From: Candidatus Daviesbacteria bacterium
GTDB lineage: Bacteria > Patescibacteriota > Microgenomatia > Daviesbacterales > UBA10151
DNA length: 64,000 nt
Reading direction: 5' to 3'
Assembly (NCBI GenBank): GCA_016187025.1
Contig: JACPKM010000001.1
Span: 384,055-448,054, forward strand
The position numbers and the translations under genes are program-made. Below are positions 16,672 through 26,260 of this stretch, in pieces (positions within the stretch are counted from its first letter, which is position 1; each line of letters starts with the position of its first letter). A model generated the notes under the pieces. It made no database searches. It had not been told where the DNA came from and saw only the letters and a program-made list of their open reading frames with translations.

Positions 16672-19590
16672 TCCAAAAAATGACAAAGTTAAAATTCCTC
16701 CGGATATTATTAGTAATCTACTAAGAATTTGATCGACTGAAGCTTGAGGTGAATTATTAGATAGTTCTTTTCTATTTTCTCCTAAGATTTTACTTACATT
16801 TATTTGGTCTGAAATATAGCTGGGGTTTTTAAAAGTTACTCCTAACACAGCAGGTGGTGAAGTGATAGATTGCTGAGTTGAAGAATTCATTCCTAGACCT
16901 ACATTGGAAGTTGTAGTAGAGGTGTTGTTGGTGTTGTCTGATGAGTTATTTCCACTTGAGGAACCTGTAGAAGATGCGGGAGCCGGAGTGGGTGTAGGAG
17001 TTGGAGAGGGTAAGGGTGGGGTAATTATTTCTACGGTTATTGTTTGAGGGATCTCTTCGTTGCCCAATAGATCAATAGATTTAATTTGTATAGTTGTTTT
17101 GCCAGGTAAGGATATTGTTAAAGGCTTTGTATAGGTATTTACTGTTAGTCCGTTATCTAAACTATATTCAGTTTTTAAAATTCCAGATTCAGAATCAGAT
17201 CCTGTTAAGGTAACAGTTACAGGGTTAGTCCCTGATGTTTCAACTTTAGTAGTTGGTGGAGCTTGGTCCAAAGCAGCACTTCCTGATGCTTCACTAGTGT
17301 GGTTAATGCTTATACTCTCGGGTTTAGTGGAATCAGGATATAGAATAAGGATTGGAAGTGTATCAATTGTTGGATCTAATCCAAATTCAACTTTTGCTGT
17401 TTCAGTGACTGGAATATCTTTATAAATTGTAGTTTTTGAAATCTTATCCTGTTTATATGTTCGAATCTTAATATTAGTTGTTTTTGGATCAGATGATGTT
17501 TTTTTCTTGCGGGTAGCTTTAACAGTAACCTTTCTAGACTTCTTTTTGATAAAAGCGTGTTTGGTTTTATCAGAGGTTGAGTAAAAAGTTTCTGGAATAT
17601 TGGTTTCTATTTCTCCATCATCTTTTAATCCGGTATGTTTCCCTTCTTCATCGTATAATTCCAATTCGCCATCATCCAAAGAGATCTGTTTTCCTTCCAA
17701 GTCAATCTTTTCACTCTTTACTTCAACCGGTAAATCCAGTTCTTCTAAAATAGACTTAACAGTTTGCATGGCAACACCATCTTTAGAGACAAGATCAGAA
17801 TGTTTTTGTTCGACATAATAAATCTTTGCGCCACCTGTAAGGTCTAAAGAATCGCTCTTCAATGAAGCACTATAAAGGGGAACTGTGTCATCACCATTAA
17901 TAAATATCTCTTCTGTTTTAGGGATTAAACTAATTGGCCATGTGATCCACCATGTTTCATGGATTTGGCCCAAAGTAGGTTGTGCAGTACCAATTATTTC
18001 ATAAATTTTTGTACCATTGTTTTGGTTAAGCTTAGGATCCACAAAGCTGTGGAATTGTTCGCTTAGCGCAAAGACTGTCATGTTGTAGTTTAGGTTTGAT
18101 AATAGAGTTTTGGTTTGATCGAAGCTTAAGCTCCCGGTTACATTATTGTTATCTATATCCCTATCATCACGAAAAGGATACGAACGATCTTTATCTGAAT
18201 TGTTATAAAAGTTGAAATACTGATTTGATGGTAGGAGTTGGAAAACAGAAGCCATATTCTGTACGGTATCTTTAATCTCAGTAGCAGGGATACCAAGGTG
18301 TAGAATACCAAAGATTTTACTTTTTAGTGCGACTCCATACATTAATGACTTAAGTGAGTCTACAGATCCCAGGTGGGGGACTCCTAATTCAATTAGTTTG
18401 TTTACTTTCGCTGCTCTTGCCGCATCAGCTATATAATTTCTGGTAACTAGTCCCCCTAAAGAATGGGCAACAATATTAACCTTTGTTTGGCCGGATTTTT
18501 GTTTGGCAGTTTCAATTAGAGTATCCAAGTCAGCTTGAGTAGATCTGATATCTTTTCTCCAGTCATAGGGGAATACAAAAAAGTTTTTATTCTTTTCATA
18601 CCCCATGCCTGTAAAAAATGAGTCAATATCCCCGTATCCGAAAGATGTTAAATTACCGGTTAAGCTTAAATCAGCCTCAGAAGTAACCCCATCTGGTTTT
18701 AACCTCAAAACATCAAAATAATCATCATCCCCAAGTTTTACAGCCTCATCCTGGTTAACCCAGATTCTTTCATCTTTTACATAGGCGTGTTTAAAACTTC
18801 CACCATGTCCGTCATCTTGCTCCCAATAAATATCCTGGTTTATTTTTAGCTCTGATCCGCCAATTCCTGGAATAAATATTACAGCAGCTTTAGGTGGTAA
18901 AGAGGTATTAGTTAACACAAAATATAAATCATCTTTTGAAGAAGTCCAAATATTACAACCATTTTGATAAGGGTTTGTACCATTCCACTTATATAAACCA
19001 GGGTCACAAATACCACTGTTATTTGAAGAGTCCCACTTATTTCCGTTCCCATACCTTACCCCTCCACCGGTAAATAAATCATCCCCCCCTGACCCATATG
19101 AGGCAGCAGCAAAATAAATTGTACCTGAACCTGAGTTAGGATAGTTGGCATTAGCAACTTTGATTAAATATCTATGTCCCGGGATAAAAGTGTAATTACG
19201 GCAGGAAAAATCAAGAGTTACATCTTCGTATCCTGAAGGTGTTTTGTCGCTGCTAAAGCTTAACCCTTCTAACCTATCCTTTGAATTAGTTCCTGCTGGT
19301 ATGCAAGAGCGGATATAAGTGTTGGTTGTTTTATCGTAAATACGTGAATTTTGGCCGGTATAGTCAAATTGATTAGCTCTGTCTTTTGAGGTGCTGACCC
19401 TAAAAGTAAATTTATCAGCAGTCCCGCTTAAATTATCCCCAAGCTCCTGGATTGCTTGATATACTGTAAACAAAGAATCCCACCTCTGAGTTTGTTCAAC
19501 CACAGTTAGTGCATAAATGTCTTTATAACCCACAAACCCCCACGCAACAAATGCGAGCAATAAAACTAATATTCTAGGCAGGGTTTTCAA
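16630..19590 (-). CDS. Large secreted alpha/beta-hydrolase (lipase/LCAT-like) with C-terminal Big/chitobiase-like domain, Pro/Thr/Ser-rich linker and C-terminal membrane anchor
   Basis: Signal peptide present. GxSxG nucleophile elbow 'IVAHSLGGLVTRNY' after a 'PGIGGS' oxyanion-type motif. C-terminal 'YSLDNGLTVNTYTKPLTISLPG' resembles CHB_HEX_C/Big domains. PT-rich low-complexity linker, then a C-terminal hydrophobic helix plus basic tail. Confidence 0.7.
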   Translation of the reverse strand: MKTLPRILVLLLAFVAWGFVGYKDIYALTVVEQTQRWDSLFTVYQAIQELGDNLSGTADKFTFRVSTSKDRANQFDYTGQNSRIYDKTTNTYIRSCIPAGTNSKDRLEGLSFSSDKTPSGYEDVTLDFSCRNYTFIPGHRYLIKVANANYPNSGSGTIYFAAASYGSGGDDLFTGGGVRYGNGNKWDSSNNSGICDPGLYKWNGTNPYQNGCNIWTSSKDDLYFVLTNTSLPPKAAVIFIPGIGGSELKINQDIYWEQDDGHGGSFKHAYVKDERIWVNQDEAVKLGDDDYFDVLRLKPDGVTSEADLSLTGNLTSFGYGDIDSFFTGMGYEKNKNFFVFPYDWRKDIRSTQADLDTLIETAKQKSGQTKVNIVAHSLGGLVTRNYIADAARAAKVNKLIELGVPHLGSVDSLKSLMYGVALKSKIFGILHLGIPATEIKDTVQNMASVFQLLPSNQYFNFYNNSDKDRSYPFRDDRDIDNNNVTGSLSFDQTKTLLSNLNYNMTVFALSEQFHSFVDPKLNQNNGTKIYEIIGTAQPTLGQIHETWWITWPISLIPKTEEIFINGDDTVPLYSASLKSDSLDLTGGAKIYYVEQKHSDLVSKDGVAMQTVKSILEELDLPVEVKSEKIDLEGKQISLDDGELELYDEEGKHTGLKDDGEIETNIPETFYSTSDKTKHAFIKKKSRKVTVKATRKKKTSSDPKTTNIKIRTYKQDKISKTTIYKDIPVTETAKVEFGLDPTIDTLPILILYPDSTKPESISINHTSEASGSAALDQAPPTTKVETSGTNPVTVTLTGSDSESGILKTEYSLDNGLTVNTYTKPLTISLPGKTTIQIKSIDLLGNEEIPQTITVEIITPPLPSPTPTPTPAPASSTGSSSGNNSSDNTNNTSTTTSNVGLGMNSSTQQSITSPPAVLGVTFKNPSYISDQINVSKILGENRKELSNNSPQASVDQILSRLLIISGGILTLSFFGLIATFIKPTPRKM

Positions 19591-19722
19591 GTTATTTTTT
19601 TAGATAAAAATGTTTTAACTCGTGAAAATTTTATCTGCAATATATCTTAAAGGCCTCTTAAGATAACAAAATATTTCGACTTTATATCTGGAAATTTGAC
19701 AAGATAGCTGCAAAAAGGTAAA

Positions 19723-20832
19723 TTGTTGATTCATTCTATGATTGAAAGTAGTGCAGTAGCTCCAAACGGGGCTATTTTAAATGGTTCTGGTTACCATGAT
19801 CATGGCCATCAAGAAGTTTTTGTTTTACAACTTTTACCAAATTCCAGAGAACTTCTAGTTGATGGCAGAAGGGTTAGCGTTGGGGCAAGGGGGATAAAAG
19901 CAATTGAAGCTCTTTATCCACAATATAGAGAAGGAACAGGTTATTTTACAGATGAGTGGGCTGAGGTTGTTTACGGAAGTAGTGATAAAGCAGGTAATAT
20001 GCGGGCTTTGGCATGGAGAATGGGGAAAAGATTAAATCATGGCCCAGTTAAGATATTACTTCAAGAAAGGGTTGGAACTTCCGGTTTAAGGCCGCAACAT
20101 GAACATGCTTTTTATACTTTTGCTCCCGGAACTTTAGTAACTAGGGTAGCTGAAGGTGAAGTGTTAGATTTGTCAGCTCCAGGGCTAAAAGCGGGTAGAA
20201 ATGTTTTCATAATGCCCAGTGGGAAAAGGTTAGAAGGTTTAACTGATAGACAATGGCAGTTAATTTGCAAAACTCCAATAATTGGACGGGAACCAATACC
20301 TCCAGTAATACTTGCTGATTTAGTGGACGGAGAAGCGGGAGACGTGGCAAGGCTTGGCACTTTTGTTTCTGCTACCAATAGAAGGGTTTTAAATACAAAA
20401 GGTGTAGAGGTTAAAGGAATTAGAGGTTTGGGCCAAGGGAGGCCAATAGTAGGTTATCAATTGGTGGATCGGGATTTTGATCCGCTAAATGCAGGACATT
20501 GGGGTAATTTAAGAAATGTTATACAAGATCTTATTAAATATAGAGCTATTTTTATGTACAGGTTACATGCTATTCTTTCTGGAAATGTAGCGGCTTCAGT
20601 GAAAGAAGCCAGTAGGCGAGGTTTTTATACCTCTGGAGAAGCTCTAGCCTTAAATGTAATGCCAGTGTTTGATGCTTTAGTGGAAAAGGTTAATAAGGGA
20701 GAAAATCTAGGTGGTCCTGAAAAAGCAGTATATAATCAGATGGATCGACTAAGGCATGCATTGGCAGTTTCTGATTTAGATGAGTTACGCGATGCTTTTT
20801 ATCTTAAACTCTTGCATGTAAAAAGTATCTAA
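19723..20832 (+). CDS. Hypothetical protein (orphan), soluble, Arg/Gly-rich, atypical composition
   Basis: 369-aa ORF with no recognisable motif. Noticeably higher GC and R/G/A-rich composition than flanking K-rich genes. Putative TTGACA-N17-TAAATT promoter upstream. Confidence 0.5.
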   Translation: MLIHSMIESSAVAPNGAILNGSGYHDHGHQEVFVLQLLPNSRELLVDGRRVSVGARGIKAIEALYPQYREGTGYFTDEWAEVVYGSSDKAGNMRALAWRMGKRLNHGPVKILLQERVGTSGLRPQHEHAFYTFAPGTLVTRVAEGEVLDLSAPGLKAGRNVFIMPSGKRLEGLTDRQWQLICKTPIIGREPIPPVILADLVDGEAGDVARLGTFVSATNRRVLNTKGVEVKGIRGLGQGRPIVGYQLVDRDFDPLNAGHWGNLRNVIQDLIKYRAIFMYRLHAILSGNVAASVKEASRRGFYTSGEALALNVMPVFDALVEKVNKGENLGGPEKAVYNQMDRLRHALAVSDLDELRDAFYLKLLHVKSI

Positions 20833-20879
20833 TTTTTTTGTTGCTAACTTTTACCAAAGGTGGTATATACTTTAGCCAC

Positions 20880-21611
20880 ATGAGCTCGCAGAAGATTATG
20901 ATTCTTATTTTAATTTCAATAATTGTTGGCGCAGGAGCCTACATTGGTACAGTTAAAATAAAAGAAGGAATCACAATTACCCCTAGTCCTTCTCCGCAAA
21001 ATGTAGGCTTTAATATAGGAACAAAGCAATCCCCTGCTCCTTTGCAAGAAATCTTAAAAGTTACCCAAAACAATCAGCCTACTCCTCCACCTCAACAAGA
21101 GTTACCTTTTTCTAAAAATAAATATGTGGGTAATTTTCCCGGAATTGTTAGAGACGATTTAAGAGTAAATAAAAAAGCAGTTGTAGAAACAGCCAAAGGA
21201 AAAATTGAATTTGAGATTTATCCGGAAGCCTCTATTTCAGCATCTAATTTTATGATTTTGGCTGCCAATGGGTTTTATGATGGACTTATCTTTCATAGAG
21301 TTGAACCAGGATTTGTTATTCAAGGAGGAGATCCCAAAGGAGATGGAACAGGAGGGCCTGGTTATTATTTTATAGATGAACCTGTAACTCGCTCATACAA
21401 TAAAGGAATTGTGGCAATGGCAAATTCCGGACCCAATACCAATGGCAGTCAATTCTTCATTATGTTAGAGGATAAAATGGATTTACCGCCTAAATATTCT
21501 ATATTTGGAAAAGTTTTGACAGGAATGGATGTGGTAGAGAAAATAAAACCCGGAGATGTGATGCAAAAGGTGTATATACAAGACATTAGGCCAGTTAGAT
21601 CCGGACCTTAA
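20880..21611 (+). CDS. Peptidyl-prolyl cis-trans isomerase, cyclophilin type, membrane-anchored
   Basis: Cyclophilin signatures 'FHRVEPGFVIQGGDP' and 'MANSGPNTNGSQFFI'. N-terminal TM helix. Start chosen at an internal ATG; the ORF extends to 20838. Confidence 0.85.
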   Translation: MSSQKIMILILISIIVGAGAYIGTVKIKEGITITPSPSPQNVGFNIGTKQSPAPLQEILKVTQNNQPTPPPQQELPFSKNKYVGNFPGIVRDDLRVNKKAVVETAKGKIEFEIYPEASISASNFMILAANGFYDGLIFHRVEPGFVIQGGDPKGDGTGGPGYYFIDEPVTRSYNKGIVAMANSGPNTNGSQFFIMLEDKMDLPPKYSIFGKVLTGMDVVEKIKPGDVMQKVYIQDIRPVRSGP

Positions 21612-21730
21612 ATTAGAAGGTTACTAACATTTACTTATCCAATATCTTGTATATTGACAAGTATTCATTACAATATGTTATGTTAATTACAGAAATCCTA
21701 AACGTATTCGTTTAAGATCTTTTTAATCCC

Positions 21731-22174
21731 TTGAAATGTCCGTTTTGTGGTAGCAATTTAAGCAAAGTAGTTGATAAAAGAGGTGTAGGTACACGAAGCG
21801 AGATTCGTCGTAGGAGAGAGTGTTTAAAATGCTCCAAGCGTTTTACCACATATGAAGCGCTTGCAAAACTTGAAGTATTTGTCGTCAAAAAAGATGGTAG
21901 AAGAGAGGGGTTTTTGCGCGAAAAATTAGAAGTAGGGATTGTTAAGGCTTTAGAAAAAAGACCGGGTTTGGAACAAGCAGGAGCCATTGTTGACAGGATT
22001 GAAAGCAAGATGCGGGTAAAAGGGATGAAAGAAATTTCATCTCAAATGTTGGGTAGATGGGTTTTAGGGGAGTTAAAAAAGATGGACAGGGTGGCCTATT
22101 TACGCTTTGCAAGTGTTTATAGGACATTTAGCGATGTTAAGGATTTTGAAAAAGAGTTAGAAAGTATTTCATAA
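21731..22174 (+). CDS. nrdR: Transcriptional repressor NrdR (zinc ribbon plus ATP-cone)
   Basis: N-terminal 'KCPFCG...C..C' zinc ribbon followed by an ATP-cone. TTG start codon. Immediately upstream of nrdJ. Confidence 0.9.
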   Translation: MKCPFCGSNLSKVVDKRGVGTRSEIRRRRECLKCSKRFTTYEALAKLEVFVVKKDGRREGFLREKLEVGIVKALEKRPGLEQAGAIVDRIESKMRVKGMKEISSQMLGRWVLGELKKMDRVAYLRFASVYRTFSDVKDFEKELESIS

Positions 22175-22177
22175 AAT

Positions 22178-25100
22178 ATGAAAACTAGACAAGCAAAACA
22201 ACAAAAATTAGTTTTACAAGTAGTTACGCTACCTAAAGTAAGTGGAAAAACAAAGCTAAATGGAAAGGTAAATGGACACTTAGGAAAAAATAACCGCTCT
22301 TTTGAGGATAGATTTAATCCCCGCTACTCTGAGATGCCAGTTTTCCCCGAAGGCCTGCCTGAACCGTTATTTTCCGAATCATCAAACAGGATTTTAAAAG
22401 AAAGATATCTTCTAAAGGGAGGAAATTTAGAGGCAGTTGAGACAGTTGCAGAAAGATTCTGGCATATTGCCTATGATATTGCCTCAGCTGATTTTGATTT
22501 TAATGTGTCTTCCAAAGAGGTTTTTGAAACAGCCAGGGATTTTTACACTGTGATGGTAAAACAGCAATTTTTACCAAACTCCCCAACTATTATGAATGCA
22601 GGTAAGCAAAACCAGCTCCAATATTCGGCTTGTTTTGTCTTGCCCATCGATGATTCCATCCCAGCTATTTTTGACACTATGAAATACGCTGCACTTATCC
22701 ACCAGACAGGGGGCGGTTGCTTAAGTGGAGATTCTCGAGTTTGGACAACCTTTTGTGGTATTGAACCAATCGGGACTCTATTTATGCGGGCAACAGTTGA
22801 TGGAAGAAAGGGAATTAAACAGGGTAATGGAGTTGCATATGATGTTTCGGATTTAAACATTAAAACAGTTTCTATGGATCCCGCAACCGGTGCAACAGGC
22901 CTTAAAAAAGTTAGTCATGTATGGGAATATGATGTACCAAAGGACAAACAAGTTCAGGTCACAACAGTTGAGGGGGTAAGTATACAAACAAGCAGTTGGC
23001 ACCCGTTTATGGTAGTCAGAGGAACCCAGATAGTTGAGGTTTCAGCAGAGAATCTAAAAGAGGGGGATGTTATTTTAGGACCTGAAAAAGCAGATGGGTA
23101 CTGGCCTTGGCAAGAGCAGAAAAAAGCAGGTCAGCTTGTAATTGATGAAGATATAGCTTGGCTAATAGGATTTACTTTAGGAGATGGCTCCTTTGGTTAT
23201 GTTCCTGCTTTAAGGCAATACCGGGTACGGTGGTTTTCTGGTACAGAAGATGTTTTAAAGAAAGTACAGATAATACTTTCTAAGAAAAATATTCAACTGT
23301 CGATTCAAAAGGATAAAAGAGGTTTGTTCAGCCTGGCTACTTTAAACCAAAGGTTTGTGCATGATTTACTGGAAGCATGTGGATTGGAAAAATTTGGACC
23401 TAAAGATAATCTAATTCGTGTTCCTGAAATTATTGCTAAATCTCCCCTTTCTTGTGTTCGGGCATTCATAGCAGGGCTTTTAGATAGTGATGGTTATGTA
23501 GCTGAGGATGGAAGTCCTTCCTACTGTACTGTCAGCGGGGCAATGGCAGATGATCTTGCGTCTCTTGTTAGCTTGCTGGGTTTCCGTCCCAAAGTTTGTT
23601 CAAAAGCTCCTTATGGTAAAGGTAAGCAATGTACATACTCTGTTCAGATATGTCCCTTGCCTCAAGTTAACGAATTGGCAACAGAGCTTTCAGCTTACCT
23701 TGCCAATGTAAAACGCCTCAATAGGCTGCAAAGCTCAAGTAAGAAGCAGACAGCCCTACCTTTAGACTTTACTGCTTTTAGGGATGAGTTGGCAAAGTTA
23801 GGGTTAGTCAAAAAAAGATTTGATAAAGTCGGAGGCTCGGGTCCGCTTGCTAAGGAGTTAAACTATTGGGCTTCTCACAGAAGAATTGACAGAAATAGCG
23901 TTTTATCTATAGCCAATGTTGTAGCACCGTATTCTTCAAAACTGGCAGAATTTCTACAAAGGATTGCCAGATGTGGTCATCAGATCAAAAGCGTTCAGCA
24001 AGCAGGTGTGGCAAAACCATATTATGATCTTTCAGTAGAGGACTGGAATACATATGCTGCAGGAACTCGGGGAATGGTTATGATACATAACACAGGTTTT
24101 GCTTTTTCGCGCCTTAGACCTGCGGGCAGTATTGTTAAAAGAAGCGGGGGAGTTGCTTCAGGTCCAGTATCATTTTTGCGCGTCTATGATGCTGCCACTC
24201 AGTCTATTAAACAGGGTGGAACAAGAAGAGGAGCAAATATGGGAATTTTACGGATAGATCATCCTGATATCTTAGAATTTATTAGATGCAAGGCAGTTTT
24301 AGATGAGCAAAACCAGCCAGTGTTTGATGGAGTGAAGGATTTATTGCCTGATGATAACTCTAGAAACTTACTAAAAACTCTTTTGCTGGATAGGCAAATC
24401 TCCAACTTTAATATCTCAGCAGCAGTGACAGATAAGTTTATGGAGGCATATTATAAAGGTGAGGAGTATGAGTTGATTGACCCTCATACCAAAGAAGTCA
24501 CAGGAAGACTTGATGCTAAAGTTGTATTTGATGAAATAGTAGAAAGAGCATGGAATACGGGAGACCCGGGGTTAATTTTTATAGACAGAATTAACAAATC
24601 ACCCTCAAACCCAGTTTCTTCCCTAGAAACAATTGAATCCACAAACCCGTGCGGTGAACAGCCCTTGGCACCTTGGGATGCTTGTAATCTTGGTTCAATT
24701 AATCTGGGAAAGTTTGTTAAAGAAGACGGATCAGATGCGGACTGGGAGGGTTTGAGAAAGGTTACTCATCAGGCAGTTCATTTTCTGGATAATGTGGTGC
24801 AGGTAAATCCTTATACCTTGCCAGAAATTTATGAAGAAGTGCACAAAAACCGAAGAATAGGGCTAGGGGTTATGGGTTGGGCAGATATGCTTTTTAAACT
24901 AAAGGTTTCCTATGACTCAGAGCAAGCTTTAGAGCTAGCAGAAAAAGTAATGAACTTTATCAACGATGAAGGACATAAAATGTCTGAGGAACTAGCACAA
25001 AAACGCGGTCCTTTTCCCAATTGGGAGAATTCCATTTACTCTGATAAAAATAATCCATCTTTCAAAAATAGAGGTGAGTCTTATGCTTACTCAGGCGGTA

Positions 25101-26221
25101 GACCCATTAGAAACTCAACAATTACCACTATTGCTCCAACAGGCACAATTTCTATCATCGGAGATTGTTCATCCGGTATTGAGCCGGTATTTGCTTTAGC
25201 ATATATTCACAGAGCAAAGGGTGATGGAGGGAAAACCGGCAATGAGATGAGGTATTTAACAATTGCCAATAAAACCTTTACTGAAATCGGGCAAAAAGAA
25301 GGATTTTACAATGAGGAACTAGCACAAAAAGTGATGGATCATGGATCAGTTACAGGAGTGGATGATGTACCCGCTGATTGGCAAAGAGTTTTTGTTACAG
25401 CTCCTGAGATTGCCCCAGACTGGCATGTAAAAATGCAGGCTGCTTTCCAAAGATACACTGATAACGGGGTTTCCAAAACCATTAACTTACCAAACTCTGC
25501 CACGCTAGAAGATATTAAAAAAGCTTATTTGATGGCCTGGGAAACAGGTTGTAGTGGTATCACTGTTTATAGGGACGGTTCTAAAACCACTCAGGTTTTG
25601 AATGTATCATCTACCTTAAAGCCAAAAACCCAAGAGGTTGAAGAGGTATCCACTCCAAGTCCGGTTGCCGGCAGGCCAATGGTTTTGCGGGGCAGAACCT
25701 ATAAAGTTGCTACACCGGTAGGGGAAGCATATATTACTTTGAACAGAGATGAAAATAATCAACCGTTTGAGGTCTTTGTGACAGTTGGTAGGGGGGGGAT
25801 GCACACTATGGCAGATGCAGAAGCTATGGGAAGGTTGATGTCCTTGTCCCTAAGGCTTGCAAGGAGTGCAAATTCTGTTGATCCTACAGCTGTAGCGCTA
25901 AAGATTGTTTCCCAGCTTAGAGGAATTGGCGGAGCATCGCATGTGGGATTTGGTAAAGATAGAGTCATGAGTTTGGCAGATGCTATAGCAAAGGTTTTAG
26001 CTGAGGATTTAGCATTAGATGCAAAGCCTGAAGCTCAAGAGATAGAACCGCTACCCTTAAACCTAGTGCAAGAAGAGCCTGCTGCAAATACCGGATCAGA
26101 TGATGTAGTTAGGTCTTCGTCCATGGCTCAAGCTGATCTTTGTCCGGAATGTGGAAATGCAACCTTTGTCAGGGAAGACGGTTGCCAGAAATGTTACTCC
26201 TGCGGGTATTCTAAGTGTTGA
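22178..26221 (+). CDS. nrdJ: Ribonucleotide reductase class II (adenosylcobalamin-dependent, NrdJ) interrupted by one intein
   Basis: Active-site 'NPCGEQPLAPWDACNLGSINL', 'SACFVLPIDD' and a C-terminal Cys4 zinc ribbon (CPECG...CYSCGYSKC). No small subunit gene in the window. Extein about 889 aa after removing the 458-aa intein. Confidence 0.9.
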   Translation: MKTRQAKQQKLVLQVVTLPKVSGKTKLNGKVNGHLGKNNRSFEDRFNPRYSEMPVFPEGLPEPLFSESSNRILKERYLLKGGNLEAVETVAERFWHIAYDIASADFDFNVSSKEVFETARDFYTVMVKQQFLPNSPTIMNAGKQNQLQYSACFVLPIDDSIPAIFDTMKYAALIHQTGGGCLSGDSRVWTTFCGIEPIGTLFMRATVDGRKGIKQGNGVAYDVSDLNIKTVSMDPATGATGLKKVSHVWEYDVPKDKQVQVTTVEGVSIQTSSWHPFMVVRGTQIVEVSAENLKEGDVILGPEKADGYWPWQEQKKAGQLVIDEDIAWLIGFTLGDGSFGYVPALRQYRVRWFSGTEDVLKKVQIILSKKNIQLSIQKDKRGLFSLATLNQRFVHDLLEACGLEKFGPKDNLIRVPEIIAKSPLSCVRAFIAGLLDSDGYVAEDGSPSYCTVSGAMADDLASLVSLLGFRPKVCSKAPYGKGKQCTYSVQICPLPQVNELATELSAYLANVKRLNRLQSSSKKQTALPLDFTAFRDELAKLGLVKKRFDKVGGSGPLAKELNYWASHRRIDRNSVLSIANVVAPYSSKLAEFLQRIARCGHQIKSVQQAGVAKPYYDLSVEDWNTYAAGTRGMVMIHNTGFAFSRLRPAGSIVKRSGGVASGPVSFLRVYDAATQSIKQGGTRRGANMGILRIDHPDILEFIRCKAVLDEQNQPVFDGVKDLLPDDNSRNLLKTLLLDRQISNFNISAAVTDKFMEAYYKGEEYELIDPHTKEVTGRLDAKVVFDEIVERAWNTGDPGLIFIDRINKSPSNPVSSLETIESTNPCGEQPLAPWDACNLGSINLGKFVKEDGSDADWEGLRKVTHQAVHFLDNVVQVNPYTLPEIYEEVHKNRRIGLGVMGWADMLFKLKVSYDSEQALELAEKVMNFINDEGHKMSEELAQKRGPFPNWENSIYSDKNNPSFKNRGESYAYSGGRPIRNSTITTIAPTGTISIIGDCSSGIEPVFALAYIHRAKGDGGKTGNEMRYLTIANKTFTEIGQKEGFYNEELAQKVMDHGSVTGVDDVPADWQRVFVTAPEIAPDWHVKMQAAFQRYTDNGVSKTINLPNSATLEDIKKAYLMAWETGCSGITVYRDGSKTTQVLNVSSTLKPKTQEVEEVSTPSPVAGRPMVLRGRTYKVATPVGEAYITLNRDENNQPFEVFVTVGRGGMHTMADAEAMGRLMSLSLRLARSANSVDPTAVALKIVSQLRGIGGASHVGFGKDRVMSLADAIAKVLAEDLALDAKPEAQEIEPLPLNLVQEEPAANTGSDDVVRSSSMAQADLCPECGNATFVREDGCQKCYSCGYSKC
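22718..24091 (+). mobile_element. Intein with LAGLIDADG homing-endonuclease domain inside nrdJ (458 aa)
   Basis: Inserted between 'HQTGGG' and 'TGFAFSRLRP' of the host. N-terminal splice 'CLSGDSRV', block B 'SSWH', two LAGLIDADG motifs (LIGFTLGDGSF; FIAGLLDSDGYV), C-terminal 'VMIHN' followed by a +1 Thr. Confidence 0.85.
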
Positions 26222-26260
26222 CTTTCTTCCATAAATATCCTATAATATAGTTCCAAAAAT

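Noticed and set aside
21639-21686. Confident NrdR-box calls
   Set aside because: AT-rich repeats are present, but the by-eye match to the 16-bp consensus is poor. Reported only as a candidate region.
24092-26221. A second intein in nrdJ
   Set aside because: After the first intein the extein aligns contiguously through the NPCGEQ active site and C-terminal zinc ribbon. No further C/S/T-to-HN block pairs were seen.
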